A program made the translations under genes and the position numbers. A stretch of DNA of 64,000 nt from a bacterium (lineage in GTDB: Bacteria > Zhuqueibacterota > Zhuqueibacteria > Residuimicrobiales > Krinioviventaceae), in contig CAXXMD010000003.1 in NCBI GenBank assembly GCA_963675755.2, forward strand, positions 3,577,765 through 3,641,764. Reading direction: 5' to 3'. Positions 18,039 through 26,792 of this stretch are shown piece by piece. Position 1 is the first letter of the stretch; each line of letters begins with the position of its first letter. The notes under the pieces were generated by a model, which was not told the origin of the DNA, ran no database searches, and was given only the letters and a program-made list of their open reading frames with translations.

Positions 18039-18506
18039 CAGACTGTGTGAAAATAAATAAATGCTAAAAAAATGGAAATATAATTAATCCATAGAAAAAT
18101 GACAAAGACATGGAGTGCTGTACCTTTATGTACAGCGGGCCGTCAAAGACGGCCTCTACTTAACTATATTTGAATAAAAATATTGAACTATATCATAATA
18201 ATAAATCAATAATATTTGAAAAGCAGTCGAATTTAAATCGGACCTTCGATCCGACGCATACCGCCGGTAGGCGGTCACGCGCATAAAGGCGATGCACTCC
18301 ACACCATTTTGACTTATCCCAAACTCAACAAGATTTTTATTGTTTAATTTTATTCATATTCACACAGGCAGTCCAATTGAGACAGAACTGTGGCGCGAAG
18401 CTCTGCTTCGCTAATATTTTTAAATGAATAGTTTGCATTTTGTTTAATGTACTCCAAGCACAGCTTGGAGCAAACTTTCCTTACCAAATGAAATTTGGTA
18501 AGGAGA
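18039..18506. mobile_element. Non-coding nested MITE/REPIN-like element
   Basis: Inverted ends CTGTGTGAA (18043) / TTCACACAG (18359); inner inverted pair TGGAGTGC..CCTTTATG (about 18111) / CATAAAGG..GCACTCCA (about 18282-18301); distal REP half CTCCAAGCACAGCTTGGAG..TTCCTTACCAAATGAAATTTGGTAAGGA (18452-18506). No ORF. Confidence 0.55.
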
Positions 18507-18562
18507 TTGTATGGATTTTTCAATAGTCACCCGAGGGTACGGGAGGGAATGGTACTTGAATA

Positions 18563-19888
18563 TTACTCCGGTTTTACCCGGATTGCTTTTTCAGCCGGCA
18601 TTTCCCGGTTGATCCTGTTTTTAAAATCACCCAGCCAGGGCCAGTAATAATGTGCATTCAGGTCCACTTGTTGAACAATAACAGGATTATCGTCATCTGC
18701 TTGCTGTAATATATCTCCCTTGTGATCAAATACTGCTGTGATCATATTGTATCCTGATGTTACCAGATAAACCTGGTTCTCGATTGCACGAGCTTTGGCC
18801 AGCGTGATATTACCGCCCCAAATGGGCATAAAAATAGCCTCAGCACCTTGTAAGCTCAATGATCTTACCGCTTCCGGGAAACTGACATCCCAGCAGATCA
18901 GCAGACCTATTCGTCCAAAATCGGTATCAAATACCAGATAGCTGTCTCCGGGAGTAACACCACCTTCAATCTCTTCTCTAGGCAAGCTGACCTTGCGGTA
19001 TTTACCGACAAGGTTACCTGACCTGTCCAGAAGGATTGCTGTATTGTAAACCACTTCTTTATCCCGTTCCAACAGTCCCGCAACAATATAGAGATTGTTC
19101 TTTTTCGCGACTTTAGCGAGGTATTCTGTAGTTGGTCCCGGGATCGGTTCTGCCGCAGTAACATAGTCAATACCGAGTCCTGCCATATTCACTGCTTCGG
19201 GCAGACAGACTATATCCGCTTTTTGGTCCGCTGCTTTTGCTATGAGATTGGCAAAATCCTGCAGATTTTTTTCCAGAGAGACACTGCCCCTTGGCAATCG
19301 TCGAACACTGGCAAGATTTACATAGCGGGGGGAAGGTTGGTCGACCGGGACTAGTGACGTGTCTCCAAAATATACTGTTCCATCTGCATCCCAACGGTAA
19401 ACGAGTTCTATACGGGCTCGCACGGCGTCTTTTGGTGTTTTGTAGATTTGTTGTAAGGTTTTCCAGTTGTCAGAATGGTTTAATACAATCGCAGGATATT
19501 CAGCAGTACCGATTTGTTCATCTTTATTGTTCTTCCAGAGTATTCTCGCAACAACGGAGCGATGCGGTTCCTCAACATTGATTGCAAGATACTTTGTTGT
19601 GAACTGAAAAAACATATTTGGAGTGACTGGAATAGTACTGGTCCATTGTCCATTCGCATATGCTTTGCCATTGCCCCCAATATAGAGTGTTGGATGTGTT
19701 TTGTAACAGGTTGTTGAATCAATTCCGGCAACAGGCGCGATTTCATCCCTTTGATATTCAAAAGTCCAGTTATTAACAGCAATGATATTGTCGGAAACGG
19801 ATGCATCCAGTATTACAGGTATAATGAAAAGCATGAGTGAAATAGATTTTATGCTATTGTAAATTCTAAATAAAGAACACATTCGCAT
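18563..19888 (-). CDS. Carbon-nitrogen hydrolase (nitrilase superfamily) with N-terminal beta-sandwich/CBM-like domain, probably exported
   Basis: Catalytic triad motifs CLPE, YRK, ICWDVSFPE; hydrophobic N-terminus. Confidence 0.88.
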   Translation of the reverse strand: MRMCSLFRIYNSIKSISLMLFIIPVILDASVSDNIIAVNNWTFEYQRDEIAPVAGIDSTTCYKTHPTLYIGGNGKAYANGQWTSTIPVTPNMFFQFTTKYLAINVEEPHRSVVARILWKNNKDEQIGTAEYPAIVLNHSDNWKTLQQIYKTPKDAVRARIELVYRWDADGTVYFGDTSLVPVDQPSPRYVNLASVRRLPRGSVSLEKNLQDFANLIAKAADQKADIVCLPEAVNMAGLGIDYVTAAEPIPGPTTEYLAKVAKKNNLYIVAGLLERDKEVVYNTAILLDRSGNLVGKYRKVSLPREEIEGGVTPGDSYLVFDTDFGRIGLLICWDVSFPEAVRSLSLQGAEAIFMPIWGGNITLAKARAIENQVYLVTSGYNMITAVFDHKGDILQQADDDNPVIVQQVDLNAHYYWPWLGDFKNRINREMPAEKAIRVKPE

Positions 19889-19959
19889 TTTAGCTCCCGG
19901 TTATTAATAAAAAAAAGCCCAGCCACTTGAATAGAGGTTTGGATGGGCTCTTTATTATT

Positions 19960-20934
19960 TTATCCCTGGTACCAAAAAGCACGATACCAATAATGTTTAC
20001 GTAATTTGTCCATCAATGCTTCCGGCATATCCGCCAGATCAGACATGGCGGTATTCATTTCAGCCTGGTGCACGTTGCGCACACCAGTGATGACTGTACT
20101 GACAGCCGGATGCTGGAGCGCGAATTTTACAGCGGCTTCTGGCAAGGAATAACCACTGCCTTCCAGATCGGCTTTGATCTTATCCAATCTGTTTAGCGTA
20201 TCATCAAGACGGTCGCCTTTGAAATATTTGTTGCGAAAATCACCATCCGGGAATTTGTGTCCACGATTATATTTACCGGTCAAAATGCCTTCGTCAAAGA
20301 CAACCCGGACTATAATTCCCACATTGTGTTTCTGTGCAAGGGGTAACAGTTCTGCTGCGGGTTCCTGTTCAAACAGGTTATAGATGACCTGTACCGTATC
20401 CAGATAGCCCTGCCGCATAAGATCGTTGACCGCGTTTTGGTCCGGTTCCGGTGTTGAAATTCCTATATGTTTGATCTTGCCTTCTTGCTGGAGTTTTTTC
20501 AGAATATCGAATGGTCGTGGATCGTGGTTCCATGCGCGGGTCCAGGTATGGAGCTGAAGGATATCCAGACACTCGGTATCCAGATTACGCAGTCGCTGTT
20601 CTACATTCTGTCGCACATATTTTTCAGAATATCGTTCATCCATATTGCAATAGGGAGAAGGAGGCCATGGTCCGGCATCGGGGGGTGTTTTGGTGGCGAC
20701 AATCAACTCTTCTTTTCTTTCTTTCAGGATTTTAGCAATGAGTTTTTCGCTCCTGCCATCTCCATACCCTGCTGCGGTGTCGATAAAATTCACACCATTA
20801 TCAATTGCTTTGTGCAGGGCTTTGAGCGATTCATTATCATCCTGAGTGCCCCACATGGATTCTCCAATGGCCCATGCGCCAAATCCGATTTCAGAGATTT
20901 CAAGGTTTGTACGTCCGAGTGTACGATATTTCAT
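19960..20934 (-). CDS. Aldo/keto reductase
   Basis: YRTLGRT..ISEIGFGAWAIG, IDTAAGYGDGRSE, VATK, LQLH, QVIYN. Confidence 0.93.
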   Translation of the reverse strand: MKYRTLGRTNLEISEIGFGAWAIGESMWGTQDDNESLKALHKAIDNGVNFIDTAAGYGDGRSEKLIAKILKERKEELIVATKTPPDAGPWPPSPYCNMDERYSEKYVRQNVEQRLRNLDTECLDILQLHTWTRAWNHDPRPFDILKKLQQEGKIKHIGISTPEPDQNAVNDLMRQGYLDTVQVIYNLFEQEPAAELLPLAQKHNVGIIVRVVFDEGILTGKYNRGHKFPDGDFRNKYFKGDRLDDTLNRLDKIKADLEGSGYSLPEAAVKFALQHPAVSTVITGVRNVHQAEMNTAMSDLADMPEALMDKLRKHYWYRAFWYQG

Positions 20935-20986
20935 AGTTGCTCCTTTTTATCAGTACTAACAGGATTGGGGAGGAAATAAATTCCAA

Positions 20987-21790
20987 TTATTCTTTGATTG
21001 CAATTCCTTTGAACCAGGTATAGAAAAAAGTGCCTTCAGGTGGAGTGCCAGAGCTGCCGAGTTCAGAGATTCCCCGGTCCCAGGTTTCAATATCTACAAT
21101 CTTTTCATCCAGAATTTGCTTTTTAGAGGATTGAACCATAGGAACAATGATCTTGTGGACCATTCCCTCCAGTGCGTTTTTCTTTCCCAGATCTCCATAA
21201 ATATAACGTGGTGATACGTCCTGAACTTTTAATCCGGATGCATGCAATAGCGGATATAACCGTCTGCCAATATTGGGATCGTGTCCCAGTTTTCGTTGTG
21301 CAGTGATAAGCGCGTTCCAGACTTTTAATGATGCATCCGTTTCCGGATTCCAGAAACAGGACCCGTGATCTCCTTCAATTGCTGTTAGTGTGCCGCAGGG
21401 TTTTAATACACGTTTACATTCCTGCAATGCCAGGCCGGGGTTATCCAGATGTTCCAAAACAAAACAGACAAATACATGATCAAATGTATTGTCATTATAT
21501 GGTAGTTCAAGAATACTGCACTGTTGAAATTTTACATTATTGTATTCTTTGGACTGTACAGCTTTTTCCGCTTTTGCAAGTGATTCCTCTGATATATCCA
21601 AAGATGTAAATTGTGCATTGGGACTGTTTTTTGCGAGGATAACTGTTTGTGCGCCCACACCACAACCGGCTTCAAGGACAGATGAGCCTGATGGATAGGT
21701 TATACCCTTGTGCAGTATCTGTTCAAGAATTCCGGACTGGTCCTGCAATCGTTCAGATTCACGTTCCGAATAACCATGTACGTAGCTCAT
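20987..21790 (-). CDS. Class I SAM-dependent methyltransferase
   Basis: VLEAGCGVG motif I; FDHVFVCFVLEH; LKPCG. Confidence 0.9.
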   Translation of the reverse strand: MSYVHGYSERESERLQDQSGILEQILHKGITYPSGSSVLEAGCGVGAQTVILAKNSPNAQFTSLDISEESLAKAEKAVQSKEYNNVKFQQCSILELPYNDNTFDHVFVCFVLEHLDNPGLALQECKRVLKPCGTLTAIEGDHGSCFWNPETDASLKVWNALITAQRKLGHDPNIGRRLYPLLHASGLKVQDVSPRYIYGDLGKKNALEGMVHKIIVPMVQSSKKQILDEKIVDIETWDRGISELGSSGTPPEGTFFYTWFKGIAIKE

Positions 21791-21935
21791 ATAAGCCTCT
21801 ATTTATATGATAAACCATTGTATGTTCTTTTATAATGTTTTATAAAGAAAAGGTTCCACCATCCGGGTAAAAAAGATGTAGGATAAAAGCCGGTACGCTC
21901 AATTGAGAAGCACATTTGTAAAATTAGAAAGTTGA

Positions 21936-22337
21936 TTATATTTTTCTTGAATAGAAATAACTGAATGAAAATTTTGTAACAAGAGCTAATCTAAGCAGTA
22001 TAGCCGTTGTAAATCCATTGCCATTCAAGAGATTTGGAAAAATTAAAAGTTCGGTAATGACAGAAAAGAGTAAGAGCAGAGCAGTTATGATCAACAAGTC
22101 TCTGCGTTCAAGAGGATTCCGATATCCCCATGCCAGTATGATGGTCCAACCGGTCATAAACAAGGCTGCAATATACATGGCGAGTTGATAATCCGCTCCT
22201 GATCCGGTATAACCATTTAAATAATTGGGTATATTGATACCAAATGCGATAAAATACCAGTTTAATGCTACCAATGCATCTGCAATTGTGCCGATAAGAA
22301 AACTCAGTTTTAACCAGAATATGGCTTTGGTTTTCAT
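21936..22337 (-). CDS. Hypothetical membrane protein (about 4 TM)
   Basis: Hydrophobic segments; RBS AAGGA. Confidence 0.7.
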   Translation of the reverse strand: MKTKAIFWLKLSFLIGTIADALVALNWYFIAFGINIPNYLNGYTGSGADYQLAMYIAALFMTGWTIILAWGYRNPLERRDLLIITALLLLFSVITELLIFPNLLNGNGFTTAILLRLALVTKFSFSYFYSRKI

Positions 22338-22356
22338 TATTCATCCTTGATTCATT

Positions 22357-22392
22357 AAAAAACGGGCGATGCAAGTTGCACATCGCCCGTTT
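22357..22392 (-). terminator. Rho-independent terminator
   Basis: AAACGGGCGATG/CATCGCCCGTTT stem with an A-run on + (U-tract on -), just after the DUF4870 stop. Confidence 0.75.
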
Positions 22393-22395
22393 AGG

Positions 22396-22791
22396 TCAGG
22401 GGATAAAACGTATAATAAGGGGATAGCGATAACGTTCGCCGTCTCTGGCACGCAAGGCTGCAATGATAGATACTACCAATGCAAAAATTGCTACTGCAAC
22501 TACCAGAGGTATACCCACCGCTACAAATACCAGAATAATGGAAACAATCAAATAAATCATAATGCTGAGTTGAAAATTCACAGCTTCTTTACCCTGATCC
22601 GCAACCAGCTCATATTTGTCCCGGTAGATGAGGTATAGCACCAGAGGAATAATAACATTGCCTGGTGGAAATAGCATACCTATTAATCCTCCCAGGTGGC
22701 AAAAAGATGCCAGCATGCGTTCATCACCGAGGGGAGATGGATTTGTTGGGGGTGTTTCGGTTGTTTCCGGAGCTTTTTGCTCTTCACTCAT
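22396..22791 (-). CDS. DUF4870-family membrane protein
   Basis: ERMLASFCHL...PLVLYL...QGKEAVNFQLS...G..YRYPLIIR signature; GGAGG RBS. Confidence 0.88.
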   Translation of the reverse strand: MSEEQKAPETTETPPTNPSPLGDERMLASFCHLGGLIGMLFPPGNVIIPLVLYLIYRDKYELVADQGKEAVNFQLSIMIYLIVSIILVFVAVGIPLVVAVAIFALVVSIIAALRARDGERYRYPLIIRFIP

Positions 22792-22904
22792 GATGCCTCC
22801 TTTATGTTTATTTTAATATACGATCAGTTTATAAAATTGTTACTAATATTCCTACATGTTATACACTTTTCCCTTGTGGAATATTCAATAAACTTAATTA
22901 TTGA

Positions 22905-23816
22905 TTATTTTTGTGATATTCCCATTACATCCATCCAGTCGATGAGGCGTGTGGGCCATGAGGTCACAGGACCGCCTTTAACACCAAGACCGAAACCATG
23001 GCCACCTTTTAAATATACGTGCATTTCTGCCGGTGTGTTTTGTTCCAGGAGTAAGCGGTATAAATGCGTTGATTTCAGCGCAGGGGTGGTCTTGTCATCT
23101 GCTGCCTGAATGAGAAATGTAGGTGGAAAAGGATTGGGTATCATGTTGTCAGTTATATTGATTAACCAGGGGTAAACCAGTACCGCATAATCAGGTTTAC
23201 TGCTGACGCGCGCAACAGGGTCTGCTGCTGCGGGATCTCCGGCATTTCCTAAAATTGATACATTACAGGCAAGGTTTCCTCCAGCAGAGAAACCCATTAC
23301 ACCGATCTTTTCAGGATCAATATTCCATTTTTTTGCATGATAACGTGTGATCTGTACCGCTCGTAATCCGTCAGCAAATATTGCATCCAGTTTGGTCTTG
23401 TCGGTGTTGTCACCTTTCATGGGATCGTGAACCGGCCAGGTACGATATTTAACCACAATTGCTGCTATTCCATGTGAATTTAATACTTTGGCTACATCAT
23501 AACCTTCTTTGTCGATAGTGACTTTGACGTATCCACCACCGGGATAAATGACAATAGCCGCACCGGTCGCTTTATCTTTATCAGGAAGGTATACGGTCAT
23601 ATTGGGTTGTGAAACATGCCAGTACGCGCGATTGAATCCCAATTCGTTACGGTCCGTATCGCGGTTTTCAAGTTCTTCCGCTTTTTCATGTTGAATTGTA
23701 TTGATTGGAGGCGTTCCCGGCCAAAGGGGCAGTGTTTCTGGTGTTTGGGCATAGATGTTAAATTGAAAAAAAGTTAAGCAGATTACTGTTAAAATTTGGA
23801 TATTGAGCTTGTTCAT
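22905..23816 (-). CDS. Secreted alpha/beta hydrolase (carbohydrate esterase-like)
   Basis: Signal peptide; PGGGY oxyanion motif, GFSAGG nucleophile elbow, DD, GGHGFG. Confidence 0.9.
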   Translation of the reverse strand: MNKLNIQILTVICLTFFQFNIYAQTPETLPLWPGTPPINTIQHEKAEELENRDTDRNELGFNRAYWHVSQPNMTVYLPDKDKATGAAIVIYPGGGYVKVTIDKEGYDVAKVLNSHGIAAIVVKYRTWPVHDPMKGDNTDKTKLDAIFADGLRAVQITRYHAKKWNIDPEKIGVMGFSAGGNLACNVSILGNAGDPAAADPVARVSSKPDYAVLVYPWLINITDNMIPNPFPPTFLIQAADDKTTPALKSTHLYRLLLEQNTPAEMHVYLKGGHGFGLGVKGGPVTSWPTRLIDWMDVMGISQK

Positions 23817-23844
23817 TTTATACCTCTGGGTTTGCCTTTATTTT

Positions 23845-23916
23845 ACCACGGAGGCACAGAGAACACAGAGAAAAAAATGAGTAATTTTCCCTCTGTGAAC
23901 TCGGTGCCTCTGTGGT
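23845..23916. repeat. Inverted pair of CACAGAG 9-nt-period repeats downstream of the GxxExxY gene
   Basis: ACCACGGAGGCACAGAGAACACAGAG (23845-23870) and CTCTGTGAACTCGGTGCCTCTGTGGT (23891-23916); 22/26 complementary. Confidence 0.85.
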
Positions 23917-23958
23917 TATTTAATAGTTTCAATTTTGCTATTATTGTTGAATGAAAAT

Positions 23959-24342
23959 TTAATCTAAAATCATTCTTTTTATTCCATCTTTTAGAATACA
24001 CTCGTTAAAGTTCAAAATCAAACCTAATTTTATACCCGTTAATTTCAAATAGGTTAACAATTGAGCCATATGTATTGGCTCAATCCTCTGTACAGTTTTT
24101 AGTTCTAGTAGTACTTTGTTTTCAACGATTATATCTGCTTTATATGCACAATCAAGTTTATTGCTTTTGTAGATTATTGGAACCGGGCTTTGTCTAATAT
24201 ATTGTAATTTTTGTTCTTCGAGTTCGATGCATAAACAGCGTTCATATGCTGATTCCAACAATCCAGGCCCTAAATGTTTGTGTACCTCGATAGCACATTT
24301 GATTATTTTACCTGTTAATTGATTAATTTCATTATTAATCAT
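23959..24342 (-). CDS. GxxExxY protein (PD-(D/E)XK nuclease-like fold)
   Basis: GPGLLESAY; ADIIVENKVLLELK; AQLLTYLKLT; GLILNF; 127 aa. Confidence 0.95.
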   Translation of the reverse strand: MINNEINQLTGKIIKCAIEVHKHLGPGLLESAYERCLCIELEEQKLQYIRQSPVPIIYKSNKLDCAYKADIIVENKVLLELKTVQRIEPIHMAQLLTYLKLTGIKLGLILNFNECILKDGIKRMILD

Positions 24343-24359
24343 ATTACCCCCTTGTAATT

Positions 24360-24386
24360 CTTTGTGGCTTTGTGCCTCCGTGTGAG
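24360..24386 (-). repeat. CAC(G/A)(G/A)AG repeat arm upstream of the GxxExxY gene
   Basis: Minus strand reads CTCACACGGAGGCACAAAGCCACAAAG; shares CACGGAGGCACA with the 23845-23870 arm in inverted orientation. Confidence 0.8.
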
Positions 24387-24408
24387 TTAAATGCTTTTTA
24401 TTTTAATC

Positions 24409-25182
24409 CTATCTATTTTTAAAAACCGGTTCGCGTTTTTCTACAAAGGCGTTGAGGGCCTCGGTTTGGTCTTCAGAGTTGACACAGGCGTAAAGTGCAA
24501 GGCTTTCCTGGGTACAGAGATCATTAATGTCGTACGGATAGCGGTTCAGCATCCGCTTGGATAACCGGTTGCCAATGGGGGATAGCTTTGCAATCTGTTT
24601 CGCAATTTCAATAACTTTATCCATAAGTACATCCCCGGAAAATATATCATGCACTAATCCCCAGTCTTTGGCTGTTGCTGCATCCAGGATTTTTGCTGTA
24701 AATATCATCTCTTTTGTACGGGCAACGCCTATATAGCGGGGTACTCTAAAAGTACCACCCCAGCCGGTAATCATACCCACACGGGATTCCGGCAGACCAA
24801 ACTTGGCAGTGTCAACTGCATAACGCAAATCACATGCTGACGCGAATTCGAGACCGCCACCCATACAAAAACCATTTATTGCCGCAATCACCGGGCAGGG
24901 GAATTGTTCAACCTTGTTCAATACCCGGTGCCCTGCAAGTGCAAACTGGCGTCCCGTTTCTGCATCAAACTCTTTTAATTTTTTCAAATCCGCACCGGCG
25001 CAAAAGGCTTTTCCTGTTCCGGTAAAGATAACTGCGCGGGTGTTTTCTTTATCCAGCTCATCCAGTGCGGCTTCTATATCATCCAACAGATCAAATGAAA
25101 ATGCATTGAGTACGTCGGGACGGTTGATGCGAAAGCTGACTATATGTTCATCTATTTGTTCTTTTACAAGTTGGTCATTCAT
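24409..25182 (-). CDS. Enoyl-CoA hydratase/crotonase-family protein
   Basis: INRPDVLNA, AFCAGADL, GFCMGGGLE, FGLPE, GWGGT. Confidence 0.93.
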   Translation of the reverse strand: MNDQLVKEQIDEHIVSFRINRPDVLNAFSFDLLDDIEAALDELDKENTRAVIFTGTGKAFCAGADLKKLKEFDAETGRQFALAGHRVLNKVEQFPCPVIAAINGFCMGGGLEFASACDLRYAVDTAKFGLPESRVGMITGWGGTFRVPRYIGVARTKEMIFTAKILDAATAKDWGLVHDIFSGDVLMDKVIEIAKQIAKLSPIGNRLSKRMLNRYPYDINDLCTQESLALYACVNSEDQTEALNAFVEKREPVFKNR

Positions 25183-25205
25183 TGTGTTGATCCTTTCATT
25201 GGGTA

Positions 25206-26771
25206 TTAAAAACCTTTGAAAATATCGGGTTTCATTTCATTCATGCGTTGAGGATAAAAAATCTCTTGCGGCATGGTTTTTAGAGGGCTTGCTATCTCGG
25301 GAGTAAATTCCATTTGTGCGAGTATATCTTTTTCGAGATCAATACCGGGAGCGATTTCTATGAGCCTGAGACCCGATGCAACCCGCTCGAATACGGCGCG
25401 TTCTGTTACATAAAGTACACGTTGATCTTTTTCAAGTGCATACTTGCCGCTGAAAGTGATTTGCTCTACTTGAGGGATGAATTTTTTGACTTTACCTTCC
25501 TGCAGGATATTCAGTTTGCCGTCAACAATTTCTACTTTTAATCCACCCGCGGTAAAGGTAGCACAGAATACAACCTGTTTTGCGTTTTGAGAGATATCAA
25601 TAAAGCCGCCGCAGCCGGCAATATTTTTGCCAAATTTGCTGACATTGATGTTACCATCCTGGTCCGCCTGGGCCATACCCAGGAATGTCATATCGAGTCC
25701 GCCTCCGTGATAAAAATCAAACAGGGCGGGGGCATCTACAATCATATCCGGATTATAGCCTGCACCAAAGATGGCACCTTTGGCGGGCACACCACCAACA
25801 ATCCCTTGTTCTACGCTAAAAGTAATTTTTTGAGAAAGGCCTTCTTCCGCGGCTATATTGGCAACTCCATCAGATATTCCAAAACCCAGATTGACGACGG
25901 TATCTGGTGCCAGTTCCAATGCGGCACGCCGTGCTACGATTTTGCGAACATCGAAATTCAGAGGTTTGATGTTGTCCATAGGGATTTTCAGTTCACCACT
26001 GAAAGAGGGCTCGTATTCGGATTCGCAGGTTTGCCATTGTTCGGGAACAACAACAATAGCATCTACCATGCAAGCAGGTACTTTGACCATACGTGGATGC
26101 AGTGTGTTGGCCTTGGCTTTACGTTTAACCTGAGCGATGACCAAGCCGCCACTATTATGAGCAGCCTGAGATGCTGCCAGAATGTCAAGATCTACTGCTT
26201 CGCGTTCAACAGAGATGTTGCCCGCTTCATCAGCACTGGTGCCTCTGATGAGGGTTACATTTATGGGAAATGTTGGGAAAAACAGCTGTTCTTTACCTGC
26301 TAATGTAACACGCTGAACAATATCATCTTTAGATTTTTTATTGAGTTTACCACCTTCTAAATTCGGATCAACAAAGGTATGCATTCCAATGGTAGTTAAA
26401 AGCCCTGAACGTTTAGCTGCTATTTCACGTGCCAGTAAGGAGATGACTCCCTGAGGCAGGTTATATGCTTCTATTTCTTCATCGAGCGCGAGTTTTCCCA
26501 TTTCAGGTGACCAGCCCCAATGGCCTCCAATTACCCGTTTTACCATCCCCTTGTGCGCAAAATGAGCAACACCAGTCCCATTTCCGCTTCCCACACCAGT
26601 AACATGAACCAATGTGAGATTATAAGGCCCCTTGTTTTCCAGGAAACGTTTTTCAATACCAATGTAGAGGTGTTCTGCATCTAAAAGTCCACCACCGGAA
26701 CCGCAAAGCAGAACCGTATCATTGTCTTTGATCAAATTCGCAGCCTGGTCAATTGTGAGGAATTGAGGCAT
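25206..26771 (-). CDS. Acyl-CoA:acetate/propionate CoA transferase (YdiF/Pct-type, fused alpha-beta)
   Basis: YNLPQG, VNLGFG, VEQG (catalytic Glu), GNINVSKF, GCGGFIDISQ, YVTERAVF. Confidence 0.92.
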   Translation of the reverse strand: MPQFLTIDQAANLIKDNDTVLLCGSGGGLLDAEHLYIGIEKRFLENKGPYNLTLVHVTGVGSGNGTGVAHFAHKGMVKRVIGGHWGWSPEMGKLALDEEIEAYNLPQGVISLLAREIAAKRSGLLTTIGMHTFVDPNLEGGKLNKKSKDDIVQRVTLAGKEQLFFPTFPINVTLIRGTSADEAGNISVEREAVDLDILAASQAAHNSGGLVIAQVKRKAKANTLHPRMVKVPACMVDAIVVVPEQWQTCESEYEPSFSGELKIPMDNIKPLNFDVRKIVARRAALELAPDTVVNLGFGISDGVANIAAEEGLSQKITFSVEQGIVGGVPAKGAIFGAGYNPDMIVDAPALFDFYHGGGLDMTFLGMAQADQDGNINVSKFGKNIAGCGGFIDISQNAKQVVFCATFTAGGLKVEIVDGKLNILQEGKVKKFIPQVEQITFSGKYALEKDQRVLYVTERAVFERVASGLRLIEIAPGIDLEKDILAQMEFTPEIASPLKTMPQEIFYPQRMNEMKPDIFKGF

Positions 26772-26792
26772 TTATACTACTCCTTGTACTGA

